Shown piece after piece: positions 27,796 to 35,908 of a DNA stretch of 49,028 bases. The position numbers were made by a program, and so were the translations under genes. The notes beneath the pieces were generated by a model. That model ran no database searches and had not been told where the DNA came from. It worked only from the letters and a program-made list of their open reading frames with translations. The DNA is from a virus (taxonomy: Duplodnaviria; Caudoviricetes): positions 1 to 49,028 of the IMG/VR virus record IMGVR_UViG_3300005512_000052. One strand, written 5' to 3'. The first letter of the stretch is position 1; each line of letters opens with the position of its first letter.

Positions 27796-27935
27796 AAACT
27801 TATTACTTTTGGGTATCTTTAAAAAATAAAGCACCAATGAAAGTTGCCGAAGAAGGAAGAACAGCCAGTGAAGCACTCAGGATTGTGGAAGCAAGATTTC
27901 CAGATGCCAGAGTGATGTTCGCAGAAGGATTTTGA
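27792..27935 (+). CDS. Hypothetical 47-aa protein
   Basis: ATGA overlap; MKTYYFWV...VMFAEGF exactly fills the gap to the next gene. Confidence 0.6.
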   Translation: MKTYYFWVSLKNKAPMKVAEEGRTASEALRIVEARFPDARVMFAEGF

Positions 27936-27936
27936 T

Positions 27937-28485
27937 ATGGGACTGAAAGAACTAACCAAAGAAGTACACCAAGACGCAGAACGACAAGAGTTTGTTAAAA
28001 CTTTAATGAGTGGCAACATGAGTGAAGAATTGTACGCAGAGTTCTTGTACAATCAACACGCCATATACAATTTGTTAGAAGCCTGTGCTATGAGTCACGG
28101 ATTACTGAATGACTTTCCACAAATTAGAAGAGCACCCAGCATATTGGCAGACTTTCAAGAACTTTGGAAAAAAGAAGAGATGCCAGAGTTAACCAAAAGT
28201 ACTGAAGAATATCTAAGACACATGGCAACAATTAAAGATGATCCTAAAAAGTTAATGGCACACATCTACGTGAGACACATGGGAGATCTATCGGGCGGGC
28301 AGATGATTAAAAAGCGAGCACCAGGTTCAGGTACCATGTATGAATTTGGTAGAGCAGACATCAAAGAAATCAAAGAAAGAATAAGAAGCAAAACTGACGA
28401 TTCAATGGCTGACGAAGCCCGACTGTGTTTCGGTTATGCCGCAGAATTATTTAAAGAATTACACAATGCCCAAAAAGAAATTTAA
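27937..28485 (+). CDS. Heme oxygenase
   Basis: LKELTKEVHQDAE (proximal His) and AHIYVRHMGDLSGGQ. Confidence 0.93.
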   Translation: MGLKELTKEVHQDAERQEFVKTLMSGNMSEELYAEFLYNQHAIYNLLEACAMSHGLLNDFPQIRRAPSILADFQELWKKEEMPELTKSTEEYLRHMATIKDDPKKLMAHIYVRHMGDLSGGQMIKKRAPGSGTMYEFGRADIKEIKERIRSKTDDSMADEARLCFGYAAELFKELHNAQKEI

Positions 28486-28678
28486 AGACTTTCCAGGCAA
28501 TCTAATCAAGATACAAGTGCTGGAAGATGAAATCAAATATTTTAAGAGTTTGATTCAGGAACACGATACAGGACACATTTACACCACCATAGACAGTTTG
28601 GAAAACAGAGTAAAAGAATTGAAAGGTATTCCTACCGACGATCCATTCATAGGTAGAAGTGATCCCAACAACATATGA
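28466..28678 (+). CDS. Hypothetical protein
   Basis: MPKKKFKDFPG...HDTGHIYTTI. Confidence 0.65.
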   Translation: MPKKKFKDFPGNLIKIQVLEDEIKYFKSLIQEHDTGHIYTTIDSLENRVKELKGIPTDDPFIGRSDPNNI

Positions 28679-28779
28679 CAAACTTATTAATGTGGGCTGG
28701 ATATATCATAGCAGGATTAACAATCACTGTGTTAGGCATAGAAGCCATCATTGAAATAATCAATTGGATAATGATATGA
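28675..28779 (+). CDS. 34-aa membrane peptide
   Basis: ATGA overlaps at both ends; fully hydrophobic. Confidence 0.55.
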   Translation: MTNLLMWAGYIIAGLTITVLGIEAIIEIINWIMI

Positions 28780-29474
28780 GTATAATTTGGGACACATTGA
28801 TAGATTGTAAAGAACAAATCATAAAAGAATTTGATTCAAGAGGCACAGAGATTCAAGAAGAAGGCATGGCTCAATTCAATCAACCAGACAACGGTTGGAT
28901 CAATAGAGTTTGGCAAACCAAAGACTGTAGACGTTGTCATATAGATGTTGTGGATGCTAGAGATTCAAAAGGGTTATGGATGATGCACGTGTGTATCTTT
29001 CCTAACTTGGACAACAATGGTCCTATATACGGATTTGATGTTATCGCAGGCAAAAACAAAATGACAGGAGCCTTTCATGACTTCTCAAAAAGTTCTGGCG
29101 GAGAAGATCATCCACTCATAGATGCTTTCAAAGATGCGGTGGAAGAATTCATTCCTAGCAAGAAACGTGAATTACCACAATGGGCATTGAACATATTCAG
29201 TGGCTCAATGGTTGCCGCAGGCAATGTGAGCAGTGAAGAAGAATCCAAAGCGATTGTGAATTTGGCATTGGAAAATTTAAAAATGTATTTTGATTCTATT
29301 GCTGAGTACAACGGCACTGCCAAAAAAGAAGATACCATAGAAGCACAGAACTATTACTGCCATAATCAGCAACAAAACCCGCACACTCCAAGGGTTATGA
29401 AGTCATTGGGATTGGCAGAAGCAGATGTAGAACTGTTCTGCACAGATGCTTTGTTTCCCAAAATCAAAAAATAG
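28776..29474 (+). CDS. pcyX: Ferredoxin-dependent bilin reductase (PcyX/PcyA family)
   Basis: RRCHIDVV, MMHVCIFP, PIYGFDVI, AFHDFS, RELPQWA, QNYYC..QQQNPHT motifs; sits next to heme oxygenase. Confidence 0.85.
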   Translation: MSIIWDTLIDCKEQIIKEFDSRGTEIQEEGMAQFNQPDNGWINRVWQTKDCRRCHIDVVDARDSKGLWMMHVCIFPNLDNNGPIYGFDVIAGKNKMTGAFHDFSKSSGGEDHPLIDAFKDAVEEFIPSKKRELPQWALNIFSGSMVAAGNVSSEEESKAIVNLALENLKMYFDSIAEYNGTAKKEDTIEAQNYYCHNQQQNPHTPRVMKSLGLAEADVELFCTDALFPKIKK

Positions 29475-29513
29475 ACAATTGACATCAACTCGTATTTGTG
29501 TTAATATAAAATT

Positions 29514-29678
29514 ATGTTACAATATCACAATTTCGAAGATATTAAAATTAAATTAACTGCCATTAAACAAAAAAGTATGGCAGTTGAACAAGCCATCGCT
29601 GAAAAAAGACCTCAAGAAGAAATCAAATTTTTAACAGATGAAATCAAGCAGTTGGCTATGGAGTTGGCAAAAGGATAA
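29514..29678 (+). CDS. Hypothetical 54-aa protein
   Basis: TTGACA-17-TAATAT promoter 6 nt upstream; TAATG coupling to the next gene. Confidence 0.6.
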   Translation: MLQYHNFEDIKIKLTAIKQKSMAVEQAIAEKRPQEEIKFLTDEIKQLAMELAKG

Positions 29679-30142
29679 TGTTGGTCACTGTTTCAGGAGC
29701 AAACAAAAGTATAACAGACTTGACGGAAAGTCTTGTTCATTACTGTGCCAAGAAATTAAAGATCAAAGACTCAGTATCAATTGATGTGGAGTTTTCAAAA
29801 ACCTTATACAAGGAAGATGGCATATTGGGTGAAGTTGATTTTGATGACAGTAACCATAGACCAAAAGAATTTACAATCACTGTGGACAGCACAGGATCCA
29901 AAAGAACAATAATGGAGACTATAGCACACGAGATGGTCCACGTCAAACAGTACAGCAAAGGTGAGTTGGTTGATATGTCACGTTCGGGATCAAGCAGATG
30001 GCAAAATAAAGCAGTGGACAGCAACACCAACTACTGGGATCTGCCCTGGGAGATAGAAGCACATGGCAAGGAACTGGGACTGTTCATAAGATGGGCTGAA
30101 GATTCAGAACTCTCCAAATATTCCTGGACTCAACAGGATTAG
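29678..30142 (+). CDS. HEXXH zinc metallopeptidase-like protein
   Basis: TIAHEMVHVKQ...PWEIEA. Confidence 0.8.
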   Translation: MLVTVSGANKSITDLTESLVHYCAKKLKIKDSVSIDVEFSKTLYKEDGILGEVDFDDSNHRPKEFTITVDSTGSKRTIMETIAHEMVHVKQYSKGELVDMSRSGSSRWQNKAVDSNTNYWDLPWEIEAHGKELGLFIRWAEDSELSKYSWTQQD

Positions 30143-30198
30143 TTCCATTAACTGCCCATATAATTCCCATACCCAAATTTCTTATAAATACAACGATA

Positions 30199-30762
30199 AT
30201 GAAAAAATACGAAAATTACAGTGCAGAAGAGCGAGCAGAAGTCAGTCTATTCGACAACGACATTCACTATCTCAATGGCGAAATCACAGAAGAAAATATT
30301 GCCAAAGCAATCAAATGGATTCTGTCAGCCAATCTTCAGAAGAAACCCAAACGCAAATTGACATTGTACATCAACACTGTGGGTGGAGACTTGTACGAAT
30401 CTTTCGCATTGATTGATGTGATGAAAAATAGTTATCACTCAATTTCTACAATAGGTATTGGTGCTGTGATGAGTGCAGGCTTTTTGATATTTGCCAGCGG
30501 TCAGCAGGGTGAACGTTACATTGGGAAGAACACCGGCATAATGAATCATCAACATTCTGATTCAATGGATTCCAAAATGCATGACATGAAAGCACAGATG
30601 AAAGAAAATGCCAATTGTGAACAAAGATGTATGCAGATACTACGTGAAGCAACAGGAATGAGTGTACAGGAAGTCAATACCAAATTTATTAAGAATCCTT
30701 CGGATCAATATTACACAGCAAAACAATTAGTGGATTTGAAAATAGCAGATCATATTCTATAA
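30199..30762 (+). CDS. clpP: ClpP-like protease subunit
   Basis: LYINTVGG, GAVMSAG (Ser), MNHQ (His), SDQY (Asp), ADHI. Confidence 0.85.
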   Translation: MKKYENYSAEERAEVSLFDNDIHYLNGEITEENIAKAIKWILSANLQKKPKRKLTLYINTVGGDLYESFALIDVMKNSYHSISTIGIGAVMSAGFLIFASGQQGERYIGKNTGIMNHQHSDSMDSKMHDMKAQMKENANCEQRCMQILREATGMSVQEVNTKFIKNPSDQYYTAKQLVDLKIADHIL

Positions 30763-30775
30763 AAAAATATAAACG

Positions 30776-30958
30776 CTATTTATCAGAATCTGGATTAGTT
30801 AGATCATCTAGGGTGATTATGTGGGATTCTGGAAAACTTTTAATACCTTTTTCTGGTACTACAATCACATCTTTTGGTTTACGACGTGACTGGTTTTTGA
30901 TCTGTTTATTGGCTTTTTTAAGTTCTCGTCTAATAACTCTATCGGACTTTTTAGCCAT
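30776..30958 (-). CDS. Small basic hypothetical protein
   Basis: GGAG SD and TAAATA upstream on the minus strand. Confidence 0.6.
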   Translation of the reverse strand: MAKKSDRVIRRELKKANKQIKNQSRRKPKDVIVVPEKGIKSFPESHIITLDDLTNPDSDK

Positions 30959-31066
30959 ATGAACATCTCCAAAATATTTACTTTGTTGTTGACTTTACCA
31001 GCAAATAGTGTTATATTTTAGTTAATTTAGGGCAACTAAAGGTTAGAAACAGAAACAGGAGACAAT

Positions 31067-31264
31067 TTGAAAATAGAAGTAAGAAACGGCAATGTAGAAA
31101 AAGCACTCAGGGTGATGAAAAAGAAAATGAAAAAAGAAGGTGTGTTCCAAGAAATTAAGGACAGACAATACTTTCAAAAACCCAGTGAAAAAAAACGTTT
31201 GGCCAAAAAACAAAGATTAGTTAATATTAAAAAAGCAGAACGATTAAGAAGAAATTTTTTATAA
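31067..31264 (+). CDS. rpsU: 30S ribosomal protein bS21
   Basis: VEKALRVMKKK...EIKDRQYFQKPSEKKR; TTG start after AGGAG. Confidence 0.92.
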   Translation: MKIEVRNGNVEKALRVMKKKMKKEGVFQEIKDRQYFQKPSEKKRLAKKQRLVNIKKAERLRRNFL

Positions 31265-31265
31265 G

Positions 31266-31493
31266 ATGAATGAATGGCTGTATTGGGCTGTACCAGATGA
31301 AAGGACAAACCATTACATATTCTTTATGGCATTCGCAATTTTTGTATTGCCTTACCTATTTGGAATAAGATACACCATGATGGGATATTTGCTCAATATC
31401 ATTTGGTTGGATGTCATTTATTATTGGAGTTATAAACATTTACAAAAATTAAAAAACAAAGACAAGGATGATAATGGAAACGATACATTTTGA
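31266..31493 (+). CDS. Small membrane protein
   Basis: Two hydrophobic segments. Confidence 0.65.
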   Translation: MNEWLYWAVPDERTNHYIFFMAFAIFVLPYLFGIRYTMMGYLLNIIWLDVIYYWSYKHLQKLKNKDKDDNGNDTF

Positions 31494-31713
31494 TGACAAG
31501 GTCATAATAGAGTGTTTGAAGAACGGACAAAAGGTTGAAGCAGATGTACTGTCATTCAAGGAGAATCAATTCTTGAGTGTGGTGGTTCAGAAAAGTGCCA
31601 AAATCAATATGCAGTACAACGAATCAAAAGGTCTATACATTGGCAGACAGGTTGGTTTGGAGTTTGTTACTCCAGGTCCAGAAAAATTTGTCACCAATCA
31701 CGGCAGAGGCTAA
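31474..31713 (+). CDS. Hypothetical protein
   Basis: ~80-aa ORF in the operon. Confidence 0.7.
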   Translation: METIHFDDKVIIECLKNGQKVEADVLSFKENQFLSVVVQKSAKINMQYNESKGLYIGRQVGLEFVTPGPEKFVTNHGRG

Positions 31714-31722
31714 TTACAGCAT

Positions 31723-32754
31723 ATGAAGAAAATCTGTGTAATAGGTGCCGGCAAAATCGGCCGAACCATAAATGCTTACCTTAAACTGCAGGGTCATGAA
31801 GTATTTTTGGTTGACTCAAATCCCAATATTAAAAATGCAATCCATATTGATGCCAATGATGAACAAGCAGTGAGCGAGTTTATAAAGGACAAAGACATCG
31901 TAGTTTCATCTGCACCATACAATGTGAATATAACCATTGCTGACAGTTGTGCGGCAAATGACGTTGCTTACTTTGATCTCACTGAAGATGTAGATGTTTG
32001 TCAGCACATTAAAGGTTTGAACACAGAAGCATTCATGATGCCACAGTGCGGATTGGCTCCAGGTGCAGTCAACATCATTGCTTCAGATTTAATCAAAAAG
32101 TTTTCATCAGTGGACAAGGTCAAGATGCGAGTAGGTGCATTGCCGATGTACACAGCCAATTCAATGGCATATTATTTGACCTGGTCAACATCAGGATTGA
32201 TCAATGAGTATGTAAATGAAGTGGATGTGATATCAGGAGGCAAACACATCAAAGCGGCTCCATTGGACGGTCTAGAACATTTATTCATAGACGGTAACAA
32301 ATATGAAGCATTTAACACTTCAGGAGGTGTTGCCACCATGTGTGAAACATTCCAGGATCAAGTTAAGAACATGAGTTACAAAACCATTAGATATCCAGGT
32401 CATCACAATTCAATGAAGTTTTTATTGGAAGATTTAAATCTAAAACACAACAAAGAAAAGTTTATAGATTTGTTCGACCAAGAAGTGCCATACACCACCA
32501 AAGATGTTGTGGTGATGTTCGTCACAGTGATCGGACAAAAGGATGGTATGCTACAAGAACTAACGTATCACAAAAAGATATATGGAGACAAAACTTTAAA
32601 TGCAATTCAAAAAACCACAGCATCAGGAGTATGCTCTGTGGTTCAAGCCTACGCAGAAGGCAAATTGACTGGCAAAGGATTTCAACGACAAGAAGATGTA
32701 CCGTTTGAAGTATTCGCAGACAATAAATTTGGGAAATTATATGAACAGGAATGA
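31723..32754 (+). CDS. Saccharopine dehydrogenase family / lysine 6-dehydrogenase-like
   Basis: VIGAGKIG Rossmann motif, CGLAPG, RVGALP, TWSTSGLINEY, EAFNTSGG, YKTIRYPGH. Confidence 0.9.
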   Translation: MKKICVIGAGKIGRTINAYLKLQGHEVFLVDSNPNIKNAIHIDANDEQAVSEFIKDKDIVVSSAPYNVNITIADSCAANDVAYFDLTEDVDVCQHIKGLNTEAFMMPQCGLAPGAVNIIASDLIKKFSSVDKVKMRVGALPMYTANSMAYYLTWSTSGLINEYVNEVDVISGGKHIKAAPLDGLEHLFIDGNKYEAFNTSGGVATMCETFQDQVKNMSYKTIRYPGHHNSMKFLLEDLNLKHNKEKFIDLFDQEVPYTTKDVVVMFVTVIGQKDGMLQELTYHKKIYGDKTLNAIQKTTASGVCSVVQAYAEGKLTGKGFQRQEDVPFEVFADNKFGKLYEQE

Positions 32755-34114
32755 TTACGACGCAGTTATAACCAAAGCAATTGAAATTCAAAAACAATGG
32801 CGCACAATGCCAGCACCTAAGAGAGGTGAATTGATTAGAGTGTTTGGCAATCATTTAAGACAGGACATTGAAAAGATCGGCACAGCCATAATGAAAGATG
32901 CCAAAAAGATACACGCAGAAGCAATCGGTGAAGTACAAGAAGCAGTTGATATGTGCGACTTTGCTGTGGGACTGTCCAGACAGTTGTACGGATTGACCAT
33001 ACAGAGTGAAAGACCAGAACATAAATTACAAGAAGTTTACAATCCATTAGGAGTTGTGGGTGTGATTACTGCCTTTAACTTTCCTTGTGCCGTCTGGGCA
33101 TGGAATCATTGTATAGCAATGGTGTGCGGTAACAGTGTGGTGTGGAAAGGTTCACCTAAATCTACACAGGTGACTGATGCTTGTAAAACAGCATGGGACA
33201 AAGCAGTGGATGAATGTATGCCAGGAACAGACTACAAAGATTTATTACAGTTGGTGGATGGAGACAAAACCGAAGCAGAATGGATGGCAGATGACACAAG
33301 GATCAATCTGTTGAGTGCCACAGGTTCCACAGCAATGGGCAAAGCATTGGCTCCAAGAGTGTCAGCAAGAATGGGTAAAGGTTTGTATGAATTGGGAGGC
33401 AACAATGGAATGATTGTGACTCAACACGCAAATCTAGATTTAGCAGTGAGAGGTATTGTGTTTGGTGCTGTTGGTACAGCAGGACAAAGATGTACCACAT
33501 TGAGAAGATTAATTGTACAGGAATCTGTGTATGATGAATTGATGTCAAAATTAAAACCAGCATACAGCAGTTTACCTGTGGGAGATAATTTCAAGCCAGA
33601 AACATTGGTAGGTCCACTGATCAATCAAGAATCAGCAGACAGAATGCTGTCTGTGTTAGAACAAGCCAAAGTAAAAGGATACATCATACATGGTGGTGAA
33701 GTGGTAGAAGGTTGTACAGTACGTCCAGCCATTGTAGAAGTGACAGCACAGTGTGATTTGGTTAAGACAGAAACATTCGCTCCTATTCTATATGTGATGA
33801 AATACAAAGAATTAGATGAAGCCATAGATATACACAACGCAGTACCTCAGGGTTTGAGTTCGTGTATTTTCACAGACAGTGTTCAAGAAGCAGAAACATT
33901 TACTTCAGCAGTGGGTTCTGATTGTGGAATAGTAAATATTAATATAGGACCAAGCGGAGCAGAAATTGGTGGCGCATTTGGTGGTGAGAAAGACACAGGT
34001 GGCGGCAGAGAATCTGGTTCTGATGCTTGGAAACAGTACATGAGAAGAAGCACAGTCACAATCAATTACGGTAAATCATTGCCATTAGCACAAGGAATCA
34101 AATTCGGAGATTAG
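32741..34114 (+). CDS. Aldehyde dehydrogenase family 7 (aminoadipate-semialdehyde / P6C dehydrogenase)
   Basis: AFNFPCAVWAWN, ELGGNN, GTAGQRCT, GAEIGGAFGGEKDTGGGRESGSDAWKQYMRRST. Confidence 0.93.
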   Translation: MNRNDYDAVITKAIEIQKQWRTMPAPKRGELIRVFGNHLRQDIEKIGTAIMKDAKKIHAEAIGEVQEAVDMCDFAVGLSRQLYGLTIQSERPEHKLQEVYNPLGVVGVITAFNFPCAVWAWNHCIAMVCGNSVVWKGSPKSTQVTDACKTAWDKAVDECMPGTDYKDLLQLVDGDKTEAEWMADDTRINLLSATGSTAMGKALAPRVSARMGKGLYELGGNNGMIVTQHANLDLAVRGIVFGAVGTAGQRCTTLRRLIVQESVYDELMSKLKPAYSSLPVGDNFKPETLVGPLINQESADRMLSVLEQAKVKGYIIHGGEVVEGCTVRPAIVEVTAQCDLVKTETFAPILYVMKYKELDEAIDIHNAVPQGLSSCIFTDSVQEAETFTSAVGSDCGIVNINIGPSGAEIGGAFGGEKDTGGGRESGSDAWKQYMRRSTVTINYGKSLPLAQGIKFGD

Positions 34115-34115
34115 T

Positions 34116-34706
34116 ATGAAAGGTTTTTACAAAGATCCAAATCTTATTTTTGATGTTGACAAAATGCAACAGGCACTCAAAGAAGTGGATTCCAGAGTGG
34201 CACGTCAATCGCCCTTGGGAGAACGAGATATCAATGCTATCTGTTTGACACAGATTCCAGGAGATCCCAATTCAATCACAGGTGGCAATGTGAGAGGACT
34301 GTTTTGGACCAAACCCGACAGCACCTATCAAGAAGTTCAAAGAGAAGAAAAAATAGATGAAGAGAAGTATTCGGAGTTTGTCAAACTGTTCGAAGACACC
34401 TATTTCAAAGAAATGTATGATGCCATCATCGAAAAATATCAACTTGGTAGAGTGAGATTGTTATGGAAACTGCCACGCACCACTTTGAGTTGGCACAGAG
34501 ATCCGGAACCAAGATTACACATACCAATTGTGACCAACTACGGTGCCAGAATGTGTATAGATGAAGAGGTTCATCATATGCCAGCAGATGGTGGAGTATG
34601 GATCACCGACAACACCAAATATCACAATGCCTTCAACGGTGGTGAAGAAGACAGAGTCCACTTGGTGGCTACGGTTTTGAATTGTGATATGAGCATTTTT
34701 GCTTAA
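34116..34706 (+). CDS. Aspartyl/asparaginyl beta-hydroxylase-like Fe(II)/2OG oxygenase
   Basis: LSWHRD..RLHIPI..YHNAFN..RVHLV. Confidence 0.8.
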   Translation: MKGFYKDPNLIFDVDKMQQALKEVDSRVARQSPLGERDINAICLTQIPGDPNSITGGNVRGLFWTKPDSTYQEVQREEKIDEEKYSEFVKLFEDTYFKEMYDAIIEKYQLGRVRLLWKLPRTTLSWHRDPEPRLHIPIVTNYGARMCIDEEVHHMPADGGVWITDNTKYHNAFNGGEEDRVHLVATVLNCDMSIFA

Positions 34707-34844
34707 TTTTGGTAAACCTACCCAATTGACTTTATCCACAAAAGAATGTATATTATGCTTAATATGTTAGACATAATAAAAAAAATGTTTTCAACTGATT
34801 CGAATATTGGAGAAGTGGCAAACATACAAAAAGGAGTTAGCGTA

Positions 34845-35108
34845 ATGGCTAAAAGAAAAACAATGACTATACAAAAAAGAGTAGAAACTGCTTTATTAAA
34901 CGGTGAAGCATTAACATCAAGTGCTATTAAAAATAGATTTGGTGCAGGTAATCCAGGTGCTGTAATTCAAGCATTAAGATTCAAAGGTTTACCAGTATTC
35001 TTAAACACTAACAAAAGAACTGGTGTTAAAGTTTACAGAACAGGTAAAGCACCTAGAGCGGTTGTAGGTTTAGGATACAAAGCATTAGCAAAAGGTATCT
35101 CTCTATAA
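34845..35108 (+). CDS. Small basic winged-helix-like DNA-binding protein
   Basis: AGGAG SD; LLNGEALTSSAIKNRFG.GNP...LRFKG. An upstream in-frame ATG is also possible. Confidence 0.65.
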   Translation: MAKRKTMTIQKRVETALLNGEALTSSAIKNRFGAGNPGAVIQALRFKGLPVFLNTNKRTGVKVYRTGKAPRAVVGLGYKALAKGISL

Positions 35109-35128
35109 TTTATAGTTAGTAAACTTTG

Positions 35129-35157
35129 AAAAAAGGCGGCTTAGGTCGCCTTTTTTT
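35129..35157 (+). terminator. Rho-independent (likely bidirectional) terminator
   Basis: AAAAAA-GGCGGC-TTAG-GTCGCC-TTTTTTT. Confidence 0.9.
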
Positions 35158-35208
35158 ATGGCTATCTAATCTGTTGACTTTCCAGTCAACATAGTATTAA
35201 ATAGTGTT

Positions 35209-35390
35209 ACGACGGCTACAAAGCCAATGCTAGAACTTACGAAGACTAGCGGTGAACTTGAATGCCATCTTGGTGAACAGTATTCGTGTACAACACGACT
35301 GGTGACAAGAGAGGTTGAAGAGGTGACGTTTCAGTTTCTACTAATCTAGTATTGACCAGCAACGGCAGATATAGACGCTCGGTTTATGAC
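35209..35390 (+). ncRNA. Candidate rod-shaped structured ncRNA
   Basis: ORF-free, more GC-rich than its flanks, own promoter, nested co-axial helices centred near 35290. Confidence 0.5.
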
Positions 35391-35392
35391 TC

Positions 35393-35466
35393 TGCCGGTT
35401 CGGCTAATGGTAGGCCGTCTCTTTCCGAAAGAGAATACGTTGGTTCGATTCCAACACCGGCAACCA
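35393..35466 (+). tRNA. tRNA with anticodon CCG (nominally Arg)
   Basis: Acceptor TGCCGGT/ACCGGCA, D-arm, TCTCT-TTCCGAA-AGAGA anticodon arm, GTTGG-TTCGATT-CCAAC T-arm, encoded CCA. Confidence 0.9.
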
Positions 35467-35488
35467 AAAAAACGGTTGTGTGTTTGTG

Positions 35489-35517
35489 TTGACAAACACA
35501 CCGTTTGGCTGTATAAT
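35489..35517 (+). promoter_or_regulatory. Consensus sigma70 promoter inside an inverted repeat
   Basis: TTGACA-17-TATAAT; ATG 6 nt downstream; GTGTTTGT/ACAAACAC inverted repeat spans the -35. Confidence 0.85.
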
Positions 35518-35523
35518 GATAGT

Positions 35524-35784
35524 ATGAGCGAATTTAAACAAGGTATATTCAATTTATTAAAACGCCTAATAGGTGGTAACAGTTTCACACTGGCGGCAAT
35601 ATACACCATAGGACACATTATTATTGCCATGATCTGTAACAATCTGATCACAGGTGCTAGATTTGATTTGGCGGCGGCAGATGCCATCATAGAACCCTTG
35701 ATCAACGGTGTGTGGTTCTATGTGCTACACAAATTGTATCGTAAATTCACAGGCGATTCCAACGCCAAAGCATTCAAAGACTAA
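35524..35784 (+). CDS. DUF2061-like membrane protein
   Basis: AAIYTIGHIIIA...AIIEPLINGVWFYVLH; true start 35524, since the longer ORF runs through the tRNA. Confidence 0.75.
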   Translation: MSEFKQGIFNLLKRLIGGNSFTLAAIYTIGHIIIAMICNNLITGARFDLAAADAIIEPLINGVWFYVLHKLYRKFTGDSNAKAFKD

Positions 35785-35804
35785 AAATCCGCATAATCAT
35801 TGAC
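35778..35804 (+). repeat. Direct repeat, copy 1 (27 bp)
   Basis: AGACTAAAAATCCGCATAATCATTGAC; 25/27 identical to 37515-37541. Confidence 0.85.
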
Positions 35805-35908
35805 ATTTAAGTCAGTTGACTTTTTTGCATCAAGAAGTTATAATTTTATTAAGGCAAGTGAAGCCATAACTTATGGACAAGTGAAGTCCGCAAAAAGGAC
35901 AATGTCAA

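Noticed and set aside
35209-35392. RNase P RNA interpretation of the ncRNA candidate
   Set aside because: There is only a loose resemblance (GGUGAACUUGA; AUAGACGCUCGGUUUAU). The GAGGAAAGUCC core is absent and the P1/P4 pairings are weak, so a rod fold fits better.
35346-35705. ORF 35346-35705(-) and the N-terminal extension of 35386-35784(+)
   Set aside because: They overlap the tRNA, and the promoter geometry supports a start at 35524.
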